In this document: in pieces, positions 48,661 through 58,301 of the stretch
Layout of the letters: each line of letters opens with the position of its first letter
How positions within the stretch are numbered: the stretch's first letter is position 1
NCBI GenBank assembly: GCA_018668595.1
Contig: JABJCP010000035.1
Location: forward strand, 216,978-280,977
DNA: 64,000 nt
Origin: Candidatus Woesearchaeota archaeon
Lineage (GTDB): Archaea > Nanobdellota > Nanobdellia > Woesearchaeales > UBA11576
Direction: 5' to 3'
The notes under the pieces: generated by a model
The model's input: only the letters and a program-made list of their open reading frames with translations
What the model was told of the DNA's origin: nothing
The model's database searches: none
Program-made: the position numbers and the translations under genes

Positions 48661-49887
48661 TCATCCGAACCTAAACTCATACTTCTCCAAAGCTTTATCT
48701 GCAGATTCGTATCCTTTCTTAACCATTCGTTCAATATAGCTTTTGCTCATTCCCATGTGCCATTCTAAAAAGAAGTCTTCGTCGTTAGGATCTGGGTGAA
48801 TAAATACATAATCCACATTTCTTTTAATGTCTAAATTAGAAACTAAATCTCCGACAAGTGATTCTCGACTAGAAACTAAAAAATCTTCAAACTGAGGCAT
48901 TTTTTTAATTAATTTTTCGTACTCATCTTGCACTCTATCATGAACATAATTTTTCTCATTATTTGCTTTTCTGGACGCAAGTATTTTTTCTTCTATCAAT
49001 AAGTATACTGATTGAATTACTGTTTTAATCAAACCAAATTTTTTTATTGATCCAATTTCTGGTTTGAATTGATAAGGTACGTGAGTGTATGAAACGAAAA
49101 CTAAATCTGCTCCGTTGTCAGATGCAATTTTGTAGGACAATGTTTTTCTTGTTTCTCCGTCAACAACATCTATTTTTTCTCCATTTTTGTGTTCAATACA
49201 AAAAGGATAGAAAAATTGTAAAGAGCAAGATCCTGCAACTGTCGAAGAAATATTTGCATCATTTCTGTAAATTATTCTCCCATTTTCTTGGTGATCTTTT
49301 CTGCAATATACTATTCGTTTAGTTTGATTAAGAGGTGTTGTCACAATAAATAAATCTGATGCTACTTTTGTAAAATCTTCTGTGTCTAAAAATTTGTGGA
49401 GTTTTTTTTCTAATGGGCCTAGATGTATTGGACTCATTATTGCAAGTGATTCTGGATTTATTCTTTTTTTTAGTATTTTTTTTGCACTTTTTAGCGCTTG
49501 AGTTATTGCTTGGGTATTTAGTGATGCGTAATGTAGTACGCCTCTTCGCAGTCCTGACTTTCGCAGTAGCCAATCGTTCATAAAAAGGTCGCGCATTTCT
49601 TCTGGTGAGTATCCCATTGCAACGCCTATTCCAAAAAGTGCTCCGCCACTTGAGCAAACATACATGTCTATTTTGTTATTTCCTTCTGGACCGGGTAATA
49701 ATAAGTCTGTTTTTGATCTTGAAAGAACACCTCCACTGAACTTAAATCCTACTTCCTCAAGTCGCATTCCAACGCCCATATGAAAGAAATGTGCTTTTAG
49801 ACCGCCGCCACTAGCAACCATTGCATTACGTCGTTTACCAGAAATTATAATTTTCTCTAGGTCGCTATTAGTGTATGTCTCTATCAT
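48661..49887 (-). CDS. Patatin-like phospholipase
   Basis: ASGGGLKA oxyanion loop, CSSGG nucleophile elbow, VAGSCS, VDGE catalytic Asp. Confidence 0.82.
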   Translation of the reverse strand: MIETYTNSDLEKIIISGKRRNAMVASGGGLKAHFFHMGVGMRLEEVGFKFSGGVLSRSKTDLLLPGPEGNNKIDMYVCSSGGALFGIGVAMGYSPEEMRDLFMNDWLLRKSGLRRGVLHYASLNTQAITQALKSAKKILKKRINPESLAIMSPIHLGPLEKKLHKFLDTEDFTKVASDLFIVTTPLNQTKRIVYCRKDHQENGRIIYRNDANISSTVAGSCSLQFFYPFCIEHKNGEKIDVVDGETRKTLSYKIASDNGADLVFVSYTHVPYQFKPEIGSIKKFGLIKTVIQSVYLLIEEKILASRKANNEKNYVHDRVQDEYEKLIKKMPQFEDFLVSSRESLVGDLVSNLDIKRNVDYVFIHPDPNDEDFFLEWHMGMSKSYIERMVKKGYESADKALEKYEFRFG

Positions 49888-49949
49888 ATTATTAGCTATG
49901 TAGGTGGTATTTTTAAACATTGTTATCTAAAATTTAGTCTTTATACGGT

Positions 49950-50141
49950 TTATTCTAGTTCAAATGTCTTTCTGAGAAAAGGAATTCCATAATATGCAAC
50001 TAATGCACTTAGAATTATTACAATCCAAAAAACTAACGGAGGAATTCTAAATAAAAAGAACAAAATAAAATCTACAACAACAATCACAATAAATACAATA
50101 GAAATTCCTTTAAGTAAAATTGATTTTTCTTGTTTATTCAT
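49950..50141 (-). CDS. Small two-TM membrane protein
   Basis: Two hydrophobic helices. Overlaps the ACT gene. Confidence 0.6.
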   Translation of the reverse strand: MNKQEKSILLKGISIVFIVIVVVDFILFFLFRIPPLVFWIVIILSALVAYYGIPFLRKTFELE

Positions 50142-50523
50142 TTTCAATCACTTCGACGCCTAATTCTTGAAATACTTTTTTTGCTTTTTCTAAATAATTG
50201 TCTTTTATTAAAAAATGGTCTTTAGAATATGCTGCAATAGGCATTATGCTTATTCCTTCTTTTGCTAGAGCTGTTGCGACTTTTGCAGTCACTCCTACAA
50301 CCTCCATAGAAAACAAAATGTTTAAAGTGAATATTTTCCAATCTCTTTCAATACTCATTATATTTTCTTGTTTTACTTTTGTTTGATCTAAAATAACTGT
50401 TGTTTCTGTATTGTCAATAATATTTGCAAACGCGTCAGAATCTGGTTTTTTTGCTTTGATTATTGCAAATCGTTCTTTCCAAATTGTTACTGTTGATTCA
50501 TCGAAATAGTTATCTAGTTCCAT
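50134..50523 (-). CDS. ACT-domain protein
   Basis: ETTVI...VGVTAKVATALAKEGISIMPIAAYSKDHFLI. Confidence 0.85.
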   Translation of the reverse strand: MELDNYFDESTVTIWKERFAIIKAKKPDSDAFANIIDNTETTVILDQTKVKQENIMSIERDWKIFTLNILFSMEVVGVTAKVATALAKEGISIMPIAAYSKDHFLIKDNYLEKAKKVFQELGVEVIENE

Positions 50524-50610
50524 TTTATTGTTTTTAAATCATTCAGAGTATTTAATTTTTGCTTTATTTTCACAATAAATTTATATATTATTGTAATTGA
50601 ATGCCGTAAT

Positions 50611-51003
50611 ATGTTAATTGCTAATATTAAATTCCAAAGAGCAGAAATAGGATCTTTTTCAATTAAAGACGGTGTTAGAATCAAGATTTTTTTTAGTGAC
50701 GGATCCAATAAAGTTCTTAGTTTTGAGCCTGGTTTATTGGATTTAGATAAAGATGCTCATGTTATTATTAGCAAGGTTAGGCAGTATGAGAAAGAGCTTA
50801 ACATGAAGCTAGTAGAGCGAGGAGATTCATTCTTAGATAGTTTTGTTAATGTTGTTATTGAAGATGAAGAGGGTGTAGAGGCTAAGCTAAAGGTTTTTTT
50901 ACGTAAGATTAAGGATAGCATTAGTCATTTAAGAGGTAGTCGTATGGCTACAGGTTATCTGGATACAATTAATAGAGTTAAAGGTATTAAGGAAGAATTC
51001 TGA
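50611..51003 (+). CDS. Hypothetical protein
   Basis: 130-aa ORF downstream of TTTATATA. Confidence 0.65.
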   Translation: MLIANIKFQRAEIGSFSIKDGVRIKIFFSDGSNKVLSFEPGLLDLDKDAHVIISKVRQYEKELNMKLVERGDSFLDSFVNVVIEDEEGVEAKLKVFLRKIKDSISHLRGSRMATGYLDTINRVKGIKEEF

Positions 51004-51024
51004 TTCTATTTTTTTAGTTTTTTG

Positions 51025-51165
51025 TTAAACTTCTCGCACAATTTGATCTGCACTTTTTTCAGTAACTAACTTGCCTTCTGTTGAGCAGTAAGGGCATCTT
51101 GTTGGTGCGCGATTACTTTTTGGTACGAATCTATAATTACAATTCATACATCTGTAGTTTGCCAT
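51025..51165 (-). CDS. 46-aa zinc-ribbon protein (not in the ORF track)
   Basis: MANYRCMNCNYRFVPKSNRAPTRCPYCSTEGKLVTEKSADQIVREV. Strong SD GAGGTGAT. Confidence 0.85.
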   Translation of the reverse strand: MANYRCMNCNYRFVPKSNRAPTRCPYCSTEGKLVTEKSADQIVREV

Positions 51166-51283
51166 ATTATCACCTCTTAACTCAATTTAGTTTATTATTT
51201 CTTTTCTATATAAATTTTATTCTTTACTTTTGTTCAAATTTGCAGATTTTAGGGTTTTAAACCCAAATCAACCTTTTAAAATT

Positions 51284-51322
51284 CTTACTTTTTAGTAGTA
51301 AATAAACAGAAAAATTTATAAA
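51284..51322 (+). promoter_or_regulatory. Palindromic site plus BRE/TATA promoter
   Basis: CTTACT-tttt-AGTAGT-aaataaacagaaaaa-TTTATAAA. Confidence 0.6.
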
Positions 51323-51461
51323 GAGAATTACATTTCCTATAGATAGTTTTGATTAATCTATTATTTCAACAACTGTAGTTGTTCAAATTATCAAAATCAA
51401 AACTCTCTTTGAGAATTTTGTGCAAATTTCATATGTTAATCAAAGTTCTTAATATATTAAA

Positions 51462-51950
51462 ATGGTAATGTCTAATGGATTAGGGGATGGAGAACTGGTA
51501 AAAAATCAAGAAAAAAAACTAGTTAGATTAGAAGTTATGTTACCAGAATCTAAATATGTTAAGGAATGGGGTTATTCGCAAGGAACAACATATGCAAGTA
51601 TGACACTTAATATTGCAATAAAAGCAGAATATGATTTTGATCTTATGCAAAAATTATTAGTTGATAGTGGTTTGCAAATTAATAGCATTTCAAATGGAGG
51701 AATTTTTGTTGACAAGAGATGGTTTAAAGGAGATCTGACAAAAGATTCAAGATATGATATTCGCGTTTCAGGTCAACATGATGGTGGTTTTACCAAAGTT
51801 CAATTATATGCAAATTCAAATTACAAAAAAGATAATCCTAAAATTCAAGATTTTCCAACATTAGTTAAAGTAGTTTCAGATTATATTAATCAAGTTGAAA
51901 AAACAAAAGAAGAAAAACAAGACGATCCTGATTTATTACACGACGCATAA
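51462..51950 (+). CDS. Hypothetical protein
   Basis: 162-aa ORF; start uncertain. Confidence 0.6.
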   Translation: MVMSNGLGDGELVKNQEKKLVRLEVMLPESKYVKEWGYSQGTTYASMTLNIAIKAEYDFDLMQKLLVDSGLQINSISNGGIFVDKRWFKGDLTKDSRYDIRVSGQHDGGFTKVQLYANSNYKKDNPKIQDFPTLVKVVSDYINQVEKTKEEKQDDPDLLHDA

Positions 51951-52070
51951 ACCTATGTTAATTTAATTATATATCATTTTTTTTATCTTAATTACTTTTT
52001 TCAAAAGGGGCTATGATTTATAACCAGTAAATTTAACTAGTCAGATAATTATATTTTCGGAGGGGCAAAA

Positions 52071-52658
52071 ATGGAAGATTTACAAACAATGATTCAGAAA
52101 ACAGTTTTAGAATTAGAGTTGGATGATGTGGTTCAACAAACAGTTTTTACAGGTATTGCAAACGCATTAGCTATTTCAAATTCTAAATTTCAAGAATATT
52201 GTAGTTCACCTGAACTTCAACAAAAATACGATAAAGATCCTGAAACTGTTGACGAAGAAGTGCAGATTTACAATGACATGGGTAAAAAAATGGGTTCTAT
52301 TTTTAGAAATGCTTATGATTCTCGAGATGAGTTCGAATCTCTTGGAGAACAAGCAGAAAAACTAAGAGATAATTTAGCAGATTCATTTACAGAAATATAT
52401 GTTTTATTATTATCTAATCAAGCATATAGTGATTTTATCGCTAAAAAAGTTGAAGGTCTTGCTGACTTAGGGGAAGAAGAATTAGAAAAATTAGAGCAAG
52501 AGGGTGAAGAAGGAATTGTTAACAGAACTAAAGAGTTTGCCAAAGAATTTGTTGATAAGTTAGAAGTCAAAGATGAAACAAAAACATATTTAGTATCTCA
52601 GTCCGAATTTTTAGCAAGACAATTTATTGCTGTAGATAAACGCAGTTCTTATTTTTAA
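52071..52658 (+). CDS. Acidic helical hypothetical protein
   Basis: 195 aa. SD GGAGGGG. Confidence 0.7.
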   Translation: MEDLQTMIQKTVLELELDDVVQQTVFTGIANALAISNSKFQEYCSSPELQQKYDKDPETVDEEVQIYNDMGKKMGSIFRNAYDSRDEFESLGEQAEKLRDNLADSFTEIYVLLLSNQAYSDFIAKKVEGLADLGEEELEKLEQEGEEGIVNRTKEFAKEFVDKLEVKDETKTYLVSQSEFLARQFIAVDKRSSYF

Positions 52659-52711
52659 TAAATTTTTAATATTTTAAAATTATTTTATTTAATTTCCTGG
52701 AGGGGATTTTA

Positions 52712-53242
52712 ATGATAGATGAACTTTCAAATAAAATTGAAACAGTTGTTAGGGATTGTGGAATCGATGATGTTTTTGAATCTATTGTAGGTTACGCTTT
52801 GTCAGAAAGTGCAAAAGAAGCAGTGGTAAAGTGCAAAAATTATTTAGAGTCTGAAATAAGAGTGCAGTATGAAGCAAGTTTTAAAACTTGGGAATCAGAT
52901 ATAGATTTAATTAGCAATCTTGCAGATAAAGTTGTTGAGTATTTTAAAGAAGATTTTCAAAAAAAAGATGCAATTATTAGTTTGTTAGATAATAAAGAAT
53001 TTGATTTAATGGATACATACTCTGGTTTAATTTCAGATCAGTATAAACTTTCTATGGTTGATTCAACATTTCGTAAATTTATGTCTGAAAAAATAATAGA
53101 AATTCCTCAAGAAAAATCAAATGCTGAATTCGAAAGTGAAATCTTCAAAATAACGGAAGAGTTTGCAGAAAAATTAAATTTAACAATTTATAACGATAAT
53201 AAATCTAAAGTAAATGAATATTTGCATTCTTTATTTACTTAA
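52712..53242 (+). CDS. Acidic helical hypothetical protein, possible distant paralog of 52071-52658
   Basis: SD GGAGGGG. Shares IETVV..GIDDV / IQKTV..ELDDV and TEEFAEK / TKEFAKE. Confidence 0.65.
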   Translation: MIDELSNKIETVVRDCGIDDVFESIVGYALSESAKEAVVKCKNYLESEIRVQYEASFKTWESDIDLISNLADKVVEYFKEDFQKKDAIISLLDNKEFDLMDTYSGLISDQYKLSMVDSTFRKFMSEKIIEIPQEKSNAEFESEIFKITEEFAEKLNLTIYNDNKSKVNEYLHSLFT

Positions 53243-53379
53243 GTTTATTTATTTATTTATTTTCTTGTAGTTTTATTTGGTTCATTTATTCATTCTTGCA
53301 TTTTTTTCTTTCTTTCTTTTCTCTATGTTTAACTAATATAAGCTAAATATATTTAACTTAGTTTTATATTTTTTTAGTT

Positions 53380-53778
53380 ATGGAATTCGAAAATAATAAT
53401 CCAATAAATTCAACTATAAAGCAAAATCTTGCATTGATGAATTCAACTTCAGAAGGATCTTTAATGGATATATTGATTGAAGATAGTTTAGGTGGTAATG
53501 CAGGGGATTGGAATGATTTGTCTTGTGTTGCTACAAATTTTTGTTATAATCCGAACACTGGAGCATTAATTAAGTTTGATAATTATTCTGAGGAGTCTCA
53601 AATGCTTGGTGCTTGTTCTCGCGGTTATTTTAGAATTGCGATTGATTTCAAAGAGCTTGATGACAAAGTAAGTTCTGGAATTATTGAGTTAGATGCAAGG
53701 GATGCTTCTGATTCTGCGAAAATTGTTCTTAAAAAAACAGTCGAAGAATTTAATCGTTTGAATTCGTTTTACGGCTAA
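53380..53778 (+). CDS. Hypothetical protein
   Basis: 132-aa ORF. Confidence 0.6.
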   Translation: MEFENNNPINSTIKQNLALMNSTSEGSLMDILIEDSLGGNAGDWNDLSCVATNFCYNPNTGALIKFDNYSEESQMLGACSRGYFRIAIDFKELDDKVSSGIIELDARDASDSAKIVLKKTVEEFNRLNSFYG

Positions 53779-53803
53779 ATTATTCATTTAGTAATTAAAA
53801 TTT

Positions 53804-54151
53804 GTGAGGGATGTTGAAATGGTTGTACATACAATTGATGGAAATAAAGATTATAGACAAGGATTAGAATTAACACTAAAATTGGAAGAAGATGATAAAG
53901 TTTTGTTTAGATTCAAAGGGGGTTGTGATGATCGTTCTTATCCAGTTTTGCATGTTGTAGATCAACTTCATAAAAAAGGTTTTGATATGAGACTCCTTGC
54001 TGAGTTTCCTTATGGTGCATTTAGATATGAGCCAGAAAACAATAGACCAAAAATGCCGCATGATATTTATTCATTAATTGGATCTGGCAGTGGAGATGCA
54101 GTTCATCCTCAATATGTTAATGAAATTGTTGCTAAGAAAAAGAATAGTTAA
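53804..54151 (+). CDS. Hypothetical protein
   Basis: 115-aa ORF; start may be the ATG at 53819. Confidence 0.6.
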   Translation: MRDVEMVVHTIDGNKDYRQGLELTLKLEEDDKVLFRFKGGCDDRSYPVLHVVDQLHKKGFDMRLLAEFPYGAFRYEPENNRPKMPHDIYSLIGSGSGDAVHPQYVNEIVAKKKNS

Positions 54152-54188
54152 TTTTTAATTTTTTTTTTAAATATTGTTTTTAAAATTT

Positions 54189-54617
54189 TTATTCTTCAGT
54201 CACATGCTGGATAAATGCGTTGTAATGGTTTGACATGCTGTATGGGAGTTCAGTTCCCCAAATTCCTTTAGGATTTACATAAATTCCGACGAGACATTTA
54301 GCATCTATACTATACATAAGTCGTTTACATAAAGAATGAGGATCTTGTATTCCTTCAAAGTTTTTTATAATCAATAAATAATTAGGATCGTCTGTTTGAA
54401 TTGTAGGTAATTGTTCTTCATCAAGTTTTATTTCTTTAAATTCAAAAGGTAGATTTTTTCCTGTTAATTTATCTGATAAATAATCTATACTGTTTTGAAA
54501 TATTTGTTCATTTGATCTGCAAAAAAATATTGTTGGTCCGGATTCAGAAAATGAATATCCTGTTACTAAACCATCTAATCGTTCTGTAATTTCGGTTGGA
54601 AGATCTGTATTTTTCAT
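54189..54617 (-). CDS. Hypothetical protein
   Basis: 142-aa ORF with a palindrome-TATA promoter. Confidence 0.6.
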   Translation of the reverse strand: MKNTDLPTEITERLDGLVTGYSFSESGPTIFFCRSNEQIFQNSIDYLSDKLTGKNLPFEFKEIKLDEEQLPTIQTDDPNYLLIIKNFEGIQDPHSLCKRLMYSIDAKCLVGIYVNPKGIWGTELPYSMSNHYNAFIQHVTEE

Positions 54618-54677
54618 TTTATTTGCCTGTTTATTTACTGGTCATATTGACTTTAATGTCTCAGAATATGTTTGCTA

Positions 54678-54715
54678 TTTATAAGTCTTTCTATTTGTAA
54701 TTACTGGCGAGTTAC
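54678..54715 (-). promoter_or_regulatory. Palindromic site plus BRE/TATA promoter
   Basis: Minus strand: GTAACT-cgcc-AGTAAT-tacaaatagaaaga-CTTATAAA. Confidence 0.55.
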
Positions 54716-54724
54716 TAATTGTGG

Positions 54725-55024
54725 CTAATAATGATTTGATTCTTCTTCAGATTCTTCAATCCTATAAAGCTGTCCTGAAACATAAGAGTCATCATCGTGA
54801 ATTTGTTTGATAGTCATAGCAAAAGCATTGGCTTTATACCACAGATTCTGCGCTTTAGCTCCATCTGCTATTATGCAATACGGTGTGCGTCTAGAACACC
54901 AATATTTTGATTCATTTCCAACAATAGGATTCCCAAGCGGCCTTGGGTAAACAGTCTCTCCTGTGCTTTTTTTAACAAATCTTCCATCTTTGAACAATAT
55001 CTCTTCTAGTTTGCGTTTTGCCAT
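54725..55024 (-). CDS. Hypothetical protein
   Basis: 99 aa. SD GGAGGAGG. Confidence 0.65.
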   Translation of the reverse strand: MAKRKLEEILFKDGRFVKKSTGETVYPRPLGNPIVGNESKYWCSRRTPYCIIADGAKAQNLWYKANAFAMTIKQIHDDDSYVSGQLYRIEESEEESNHY

Positions 55025-55207
55025 GTAATTCCCTCCTCCTGCATATCTGATGTGTTGTTTAGCGCTTAATCTATTGCTCTATTCCAATAATAATTAATAA
55101 AGAATACAATAAAAATGTTATGTATGTATTTTATGCCTTTTACGTACTTTAATAAAAAATAACATAAAAAAAGAAATGGAAAAAATTTAATAAAAAATTA
55201 AAAGTTT

Positions 55208-55302
55208 ATTTCAAATTTATGTTGATGAATTTAAATTTGAAATGCAGAAAATCGAGTGTAATAAGATGCTGCGCAATTCAATGCGCAGAATTACTCGATT
55301 TT
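55208..55302 (-). terminator. Two tandem hairpins 3' of rpl15e followed by T-rich sequence
   Basis: aaaatcgagt/actcgatttt with inner ctgcgca/tgcgcag, and atttcaaattta/taaatttgaaat. Confidence 0.5.
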
Positions 55303-55304
55303 TT

Positions 55305-55883
55305 TCATTTCGCTCTTCGCTTATTCGCTCTTAGTCCAGGTCTAATTTTCTCAGCACCCTTACCTTTGTTTCTCAAACCACGACTCTTTCTACCTGCACT
55401 TGTAAGTCCTCTAGTGACTCTTCTTGCTTGTCCAGGTTTAGTAGCCCACTTAAGATTTTTATCTTTTACAATTTGAGGGTGAGCTGTATCGACGAGAATT
55501 ACTTCGTGCCAATGATATTTTCCATCTTTAGCAACCCAGTATGAATTTATAACATTGCAGTTTGGATACTTTTTTTGTACTCTTTCTTCTGCAACTCTTT
55601 GATAATTTACTCCAAGAATTTTAAGTCTTCTCATTGCTTTTGGTCTTCTACCGCCTGCAAATTTAGGACGCATTCTTCCGCCTCTATTAACTCTTTGTCT
55701 TATTAGAATTATTCCTTGTTTTGCTTTATATCCTAAAGAACGAGCTCGATCTAATCTTGTAGGTCTCTCGATTCGAACTGTTACAGGCTCTCTTCGCCAT
55801 TTAATAAGCCTTTCTCTCCACAATTCAGGTATATTAGCTTTAGGTTTCTTCCAAAGCTCTTTAACGTATTTTAAATATCCCAT
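55305..55883 (-). CDS. rpl15e: 50S ribosomal protein L15e
   Basis: RIERPTRLDRARSLGYKAKQG, NSYWVAKDG, RGLTSAGRKSRGL. Confidence 0.98.
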   Translation of the reverse strand: MGYLKYVKELWKKPKANIPELWRERLIKWRREPVTVRIERPTRLDRARSLGYKAKQGIILIRQRVNRGGRMRPKFAGGRRPKAMRRLKILGVNYQRVAEERVQKKYPNCNVINSYWVAKDGKYHWHEVILVDTAHPQIVKDKNLKWATKPGQARRVTRGLTSAGRKSRGLRNKGKGAEKIRPGLRANKRRAK

Positions 55884-56026
55884 TTTTACTTAGCCTCCAT
55901 TGTTTTGCTATTTAAAGCACTCTAAATGAATTTAAAGTACTTTTTTTGAGATTCAGGTAAGCTATTACCTACATTTCTCAAACATAACAATCAAAGATGT
56001 GTTTATAAATGTTTTCCGAATATATT

Positions 56027-56064
56027 ACTACTGATGAGTGATCAATAATCGGAACATTTATATA
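56027..56064 (+). promoter_or_regulatory. Palindromic site plus BRE/TATA promoter
   Basis: ACTACT-gatg-AGTGAT-caataatcggaaca-TTTATATA. Confidence 0.7.
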
Positions 56065-56087
56065 TTAGTTCAAGACAAAAATTACTT

Positions 56088-57092
56088 ATGGTCGAAAAAA
56101 GATATGGTATAATTGCAGATTTGCACAAACATCCTGCAATTGTTGGTTTAGCAGTAGATGCACTTATCAAAGAAGGTATTGATACTTTAATTCTTAATGG
56201 AGATCTTGGAAATGATGCAGTAATTCAAGTAGCTGGAGGTCAAGCTAAAGTTTCAGGCTATGATTTTATCGACGCTGTTTTAGAAATCGTTGCTCAAAAA
56301 GGTCTTGAAACATTTGTTTCTGCAGGAGGAGTTGATAAAATTCATGTTCAACCAGGAAGTCACGAATCTGTTGCGGCATTCCATGAAGTTATAAAAGAAA
56401 AATCAAAAAAATATTCTAATATTATTAGTGTTTTTGACGTTCCAAAAGTCGAAGAAGATTCTCATCATTTAGTTTTTCTTCCAGGATCTGATTGGGTTAG
56501 TGGAGGACAATATCATGTTTTTCCTGAAAGTTCAGGTCTTAAAAGCGGAGTTTATCTTAATGATGGTTCAAATTATCATAAAATAGAAGACGATAATTTA
56601 ATGAGTCAAATTGCAGCAGATCCTAGATATAGAGACTCTCTTATGTGGGTTACTAATATGGAGGATGTTAGAGATCTTGTAACCCAACCTGATAAAACAA
56701 TTCTTGTTTCACATATACCTCCAAAATTTGATAATGTTGATAATTGTGTTGACTTTGCACATTTTTGTAAAATTAATGATGGTGGGATAGCTCCTATTTT
56801 TGCTGCAGACTATTTCAGAGCTCAAGGCGCAACGGTTGTGGAAAAAAAGGAAAATAGAGGTAATGCTGATTTAAGAAAATTAATTGATGATGTTGGAATT
56901 ACTAAAGGAGTTCATAACCATTTTCACGAATCAGGTCATAGAGCAAACAATTTAAGATCTGATTCTGTAAAACAAGGAGAATTTGTCGACGATCTTTTTT
57001 ATAATTCGGGAAGTCCTGATCAAGGTCAGTGTGGTATTTATAGTGTAAGAAGTGATGGAAAAGTTGCTTACAAAAATATTTCTTTATCTTAA
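56088..57092 (+). CDS. Calcineurin-like metallophosphoesterase
   Basis: IADLH, LNGDL, PGSHE, VSHIPP, NHFHE. Confidence 0.85.
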   Translation: MVEKRYGIIADLHKHPAIVGLAVDALIKEGIDTLILNGDLGNDAVIQVAGGQAKVSGYDFIDAVLEIVAQKGLETFVSAGGVDKIHVQPGSHESVAAFHEVIKEKSKKYSNIISVFDVPKVEEDSHHLVFLPGSDWVSGGQYHVFPESSGLKSGVYLNDGSNYHKIEDDNLMSQIAADPRYRDSLMWVTNMEDVRDLVTQPDKTILVSHIPPKFDNVDNCVDFAHFCKINDGGIAPIFAADYFRAQGATVVEKKENRGNADLRKLIDDVGITKGVHNHFHESGHRANNLRSDSVKQGEFVDDLFYNSGSPDQGQCGIYSVRSDGKVAYKNISLS

Positions 57093-58153
57093 TTCAAAGT
57101 ATTTATTATCAATTCATAACCTCGACCACCAGGAGAATTTGCTCCAATCAATCGATCACTTAAATCTGAAAATTTACCATAGAATTCACTAAGTGCATAT
57201 TTTTTTATTTCTTCATTTGTTGCAAGATTTAAATTTTTAACATTGCACACTCCCACAATTCCATCTGAATGAGTTTCAATATTAATCAATTCAATATCGC
57301 ATTTTGCAGGATCATATTGTAACATATTTGTTCCAAAAAAACTAGTTAGTGCGTGAATTTTTCCAAGTTTTAGATTAAATGCATTTATTATTGAATTCGA
57401 ATCTACTTTGTTAACTCCATTATGTGCGTGTGTTGCAAGCAAAATAACTTCATTTTTTGTAAATAGATTATAGTCTGTAGGATTAGGAATATTGAATTTT
57501 TTAGCAGAATTTTGTAAAACTAAATCTTCTTCATTATTTGGTAATCTGAATGGATTTTTTAAATTTTTTTGATTAATCAAATGAGTTCTAAATTCAATTT
57601 CGTGAGGTGTGATTTCAATAATGTGTTCTGAATCATAAAATAGCTCGACGAAATAATGTGCAATATATTCTGCAGCAGCGTGCATTGACAAAGCACAATT
57701 AAGATGATCTGTTAATGGTTTAAAATTTTTTTCTAAAACAGAGTTATTTAATGCAGTTTCATGTTGTTGTGCATATGATCTGATAAATTCTTTCATACTT
57801 TTATTTAAATTAAAATGATATCCGTGAAAAACTTCGTGAACAAAATGTTCTGGTTTAATATCTTTTTTTTCTGTTTCATTTGGAAATTCGATTATATTAT
57901 CTTTATTAAGTGGTCTATATTGTGCAATTATTGTTCCGAGTTTAGGTTTGTGTAGGGCATCGGAATTAGTTTTTTGATCTATTTCTGTTTTGAATAATTC
58001 TTGATCAAACTCAGGTTTCACAGAAGTTTTTTCAATTCGTCCTGCTTTAAATTGAATATAATTTACATTAAGAAATTTAGAAATGAGTTGACTTTTTTCA
58101 TCAACAAATTTTTGAAGCTCTGCTATTTTTCCTTCTTCACTCAATACACTCAT
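57089..58153 (-). CDS. Hypothetical zincin-like protein (HExxH)
   Basis: FVHEVFHGY plus a downstream E (AAEYIA). Start MSVLSEE inferred from the promoter position. Confidence 0.65.
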   Translation of the reverse strand: MSVLSEEGKIAELQKFVDEKSQLISKFLNVNYIQFKAGRIEKTSVKPEFDQELFKTEIDQKTNSDALHKPKLGTIIAQYRPLNKDNIIEFPNETEKKDIKPEHFVHEVFHGYHFNLNKSMKEFIRSYAQQHETALNNSVLEKNFKPLTDHLNCALSMHAAAEYIAHYFVELFYDSEHIIEITPHEIEFRTHLINQKNLKNPFRLPNNEEDLVLQNSAKKFNIPNPTDYNLFTKNEVILLATHAHNGVNKVDSNSIINAFNLKLGKIHALTSFFGTNMLQYDPAKCDIELINIETHSDGIVGVCNVKNLNLATNEEIKKYALSEFYGKFSDLSDRLIGANSPGGRGYELIINTLN

Positions 58154-58174
58154 ATATTTGGTATTGTTACAAGA

Positions 58175-58212
58175 TTTATAAAATTTATGCAAATTAATCA
58201 CTAAAAAGTAAA
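58175..58212 (-). promoter_or_regulatory. Palindromic site plus TATA promoter
   Basis: Minus strand: TTTACT-tttt-AGTGAT-taatttgcataaat-TTTATAAA. Confidence 0.6.
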
Positions 58213-58301
58213 TACTGTGTTATAATGTGTATTATTTATAAGTATAATGAGGAAATTTTACTTAATTTTAAATACCTCTTCAAAATATAGTTGATAATAC
58301 A

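Noticed and set aside
51345-51405. Imperfect hairpin (aacaac-tgta-gttgtt core) upstream of 51462
   Set aside because: Single copy, AT-rich and without covariation support, so it could be chance.
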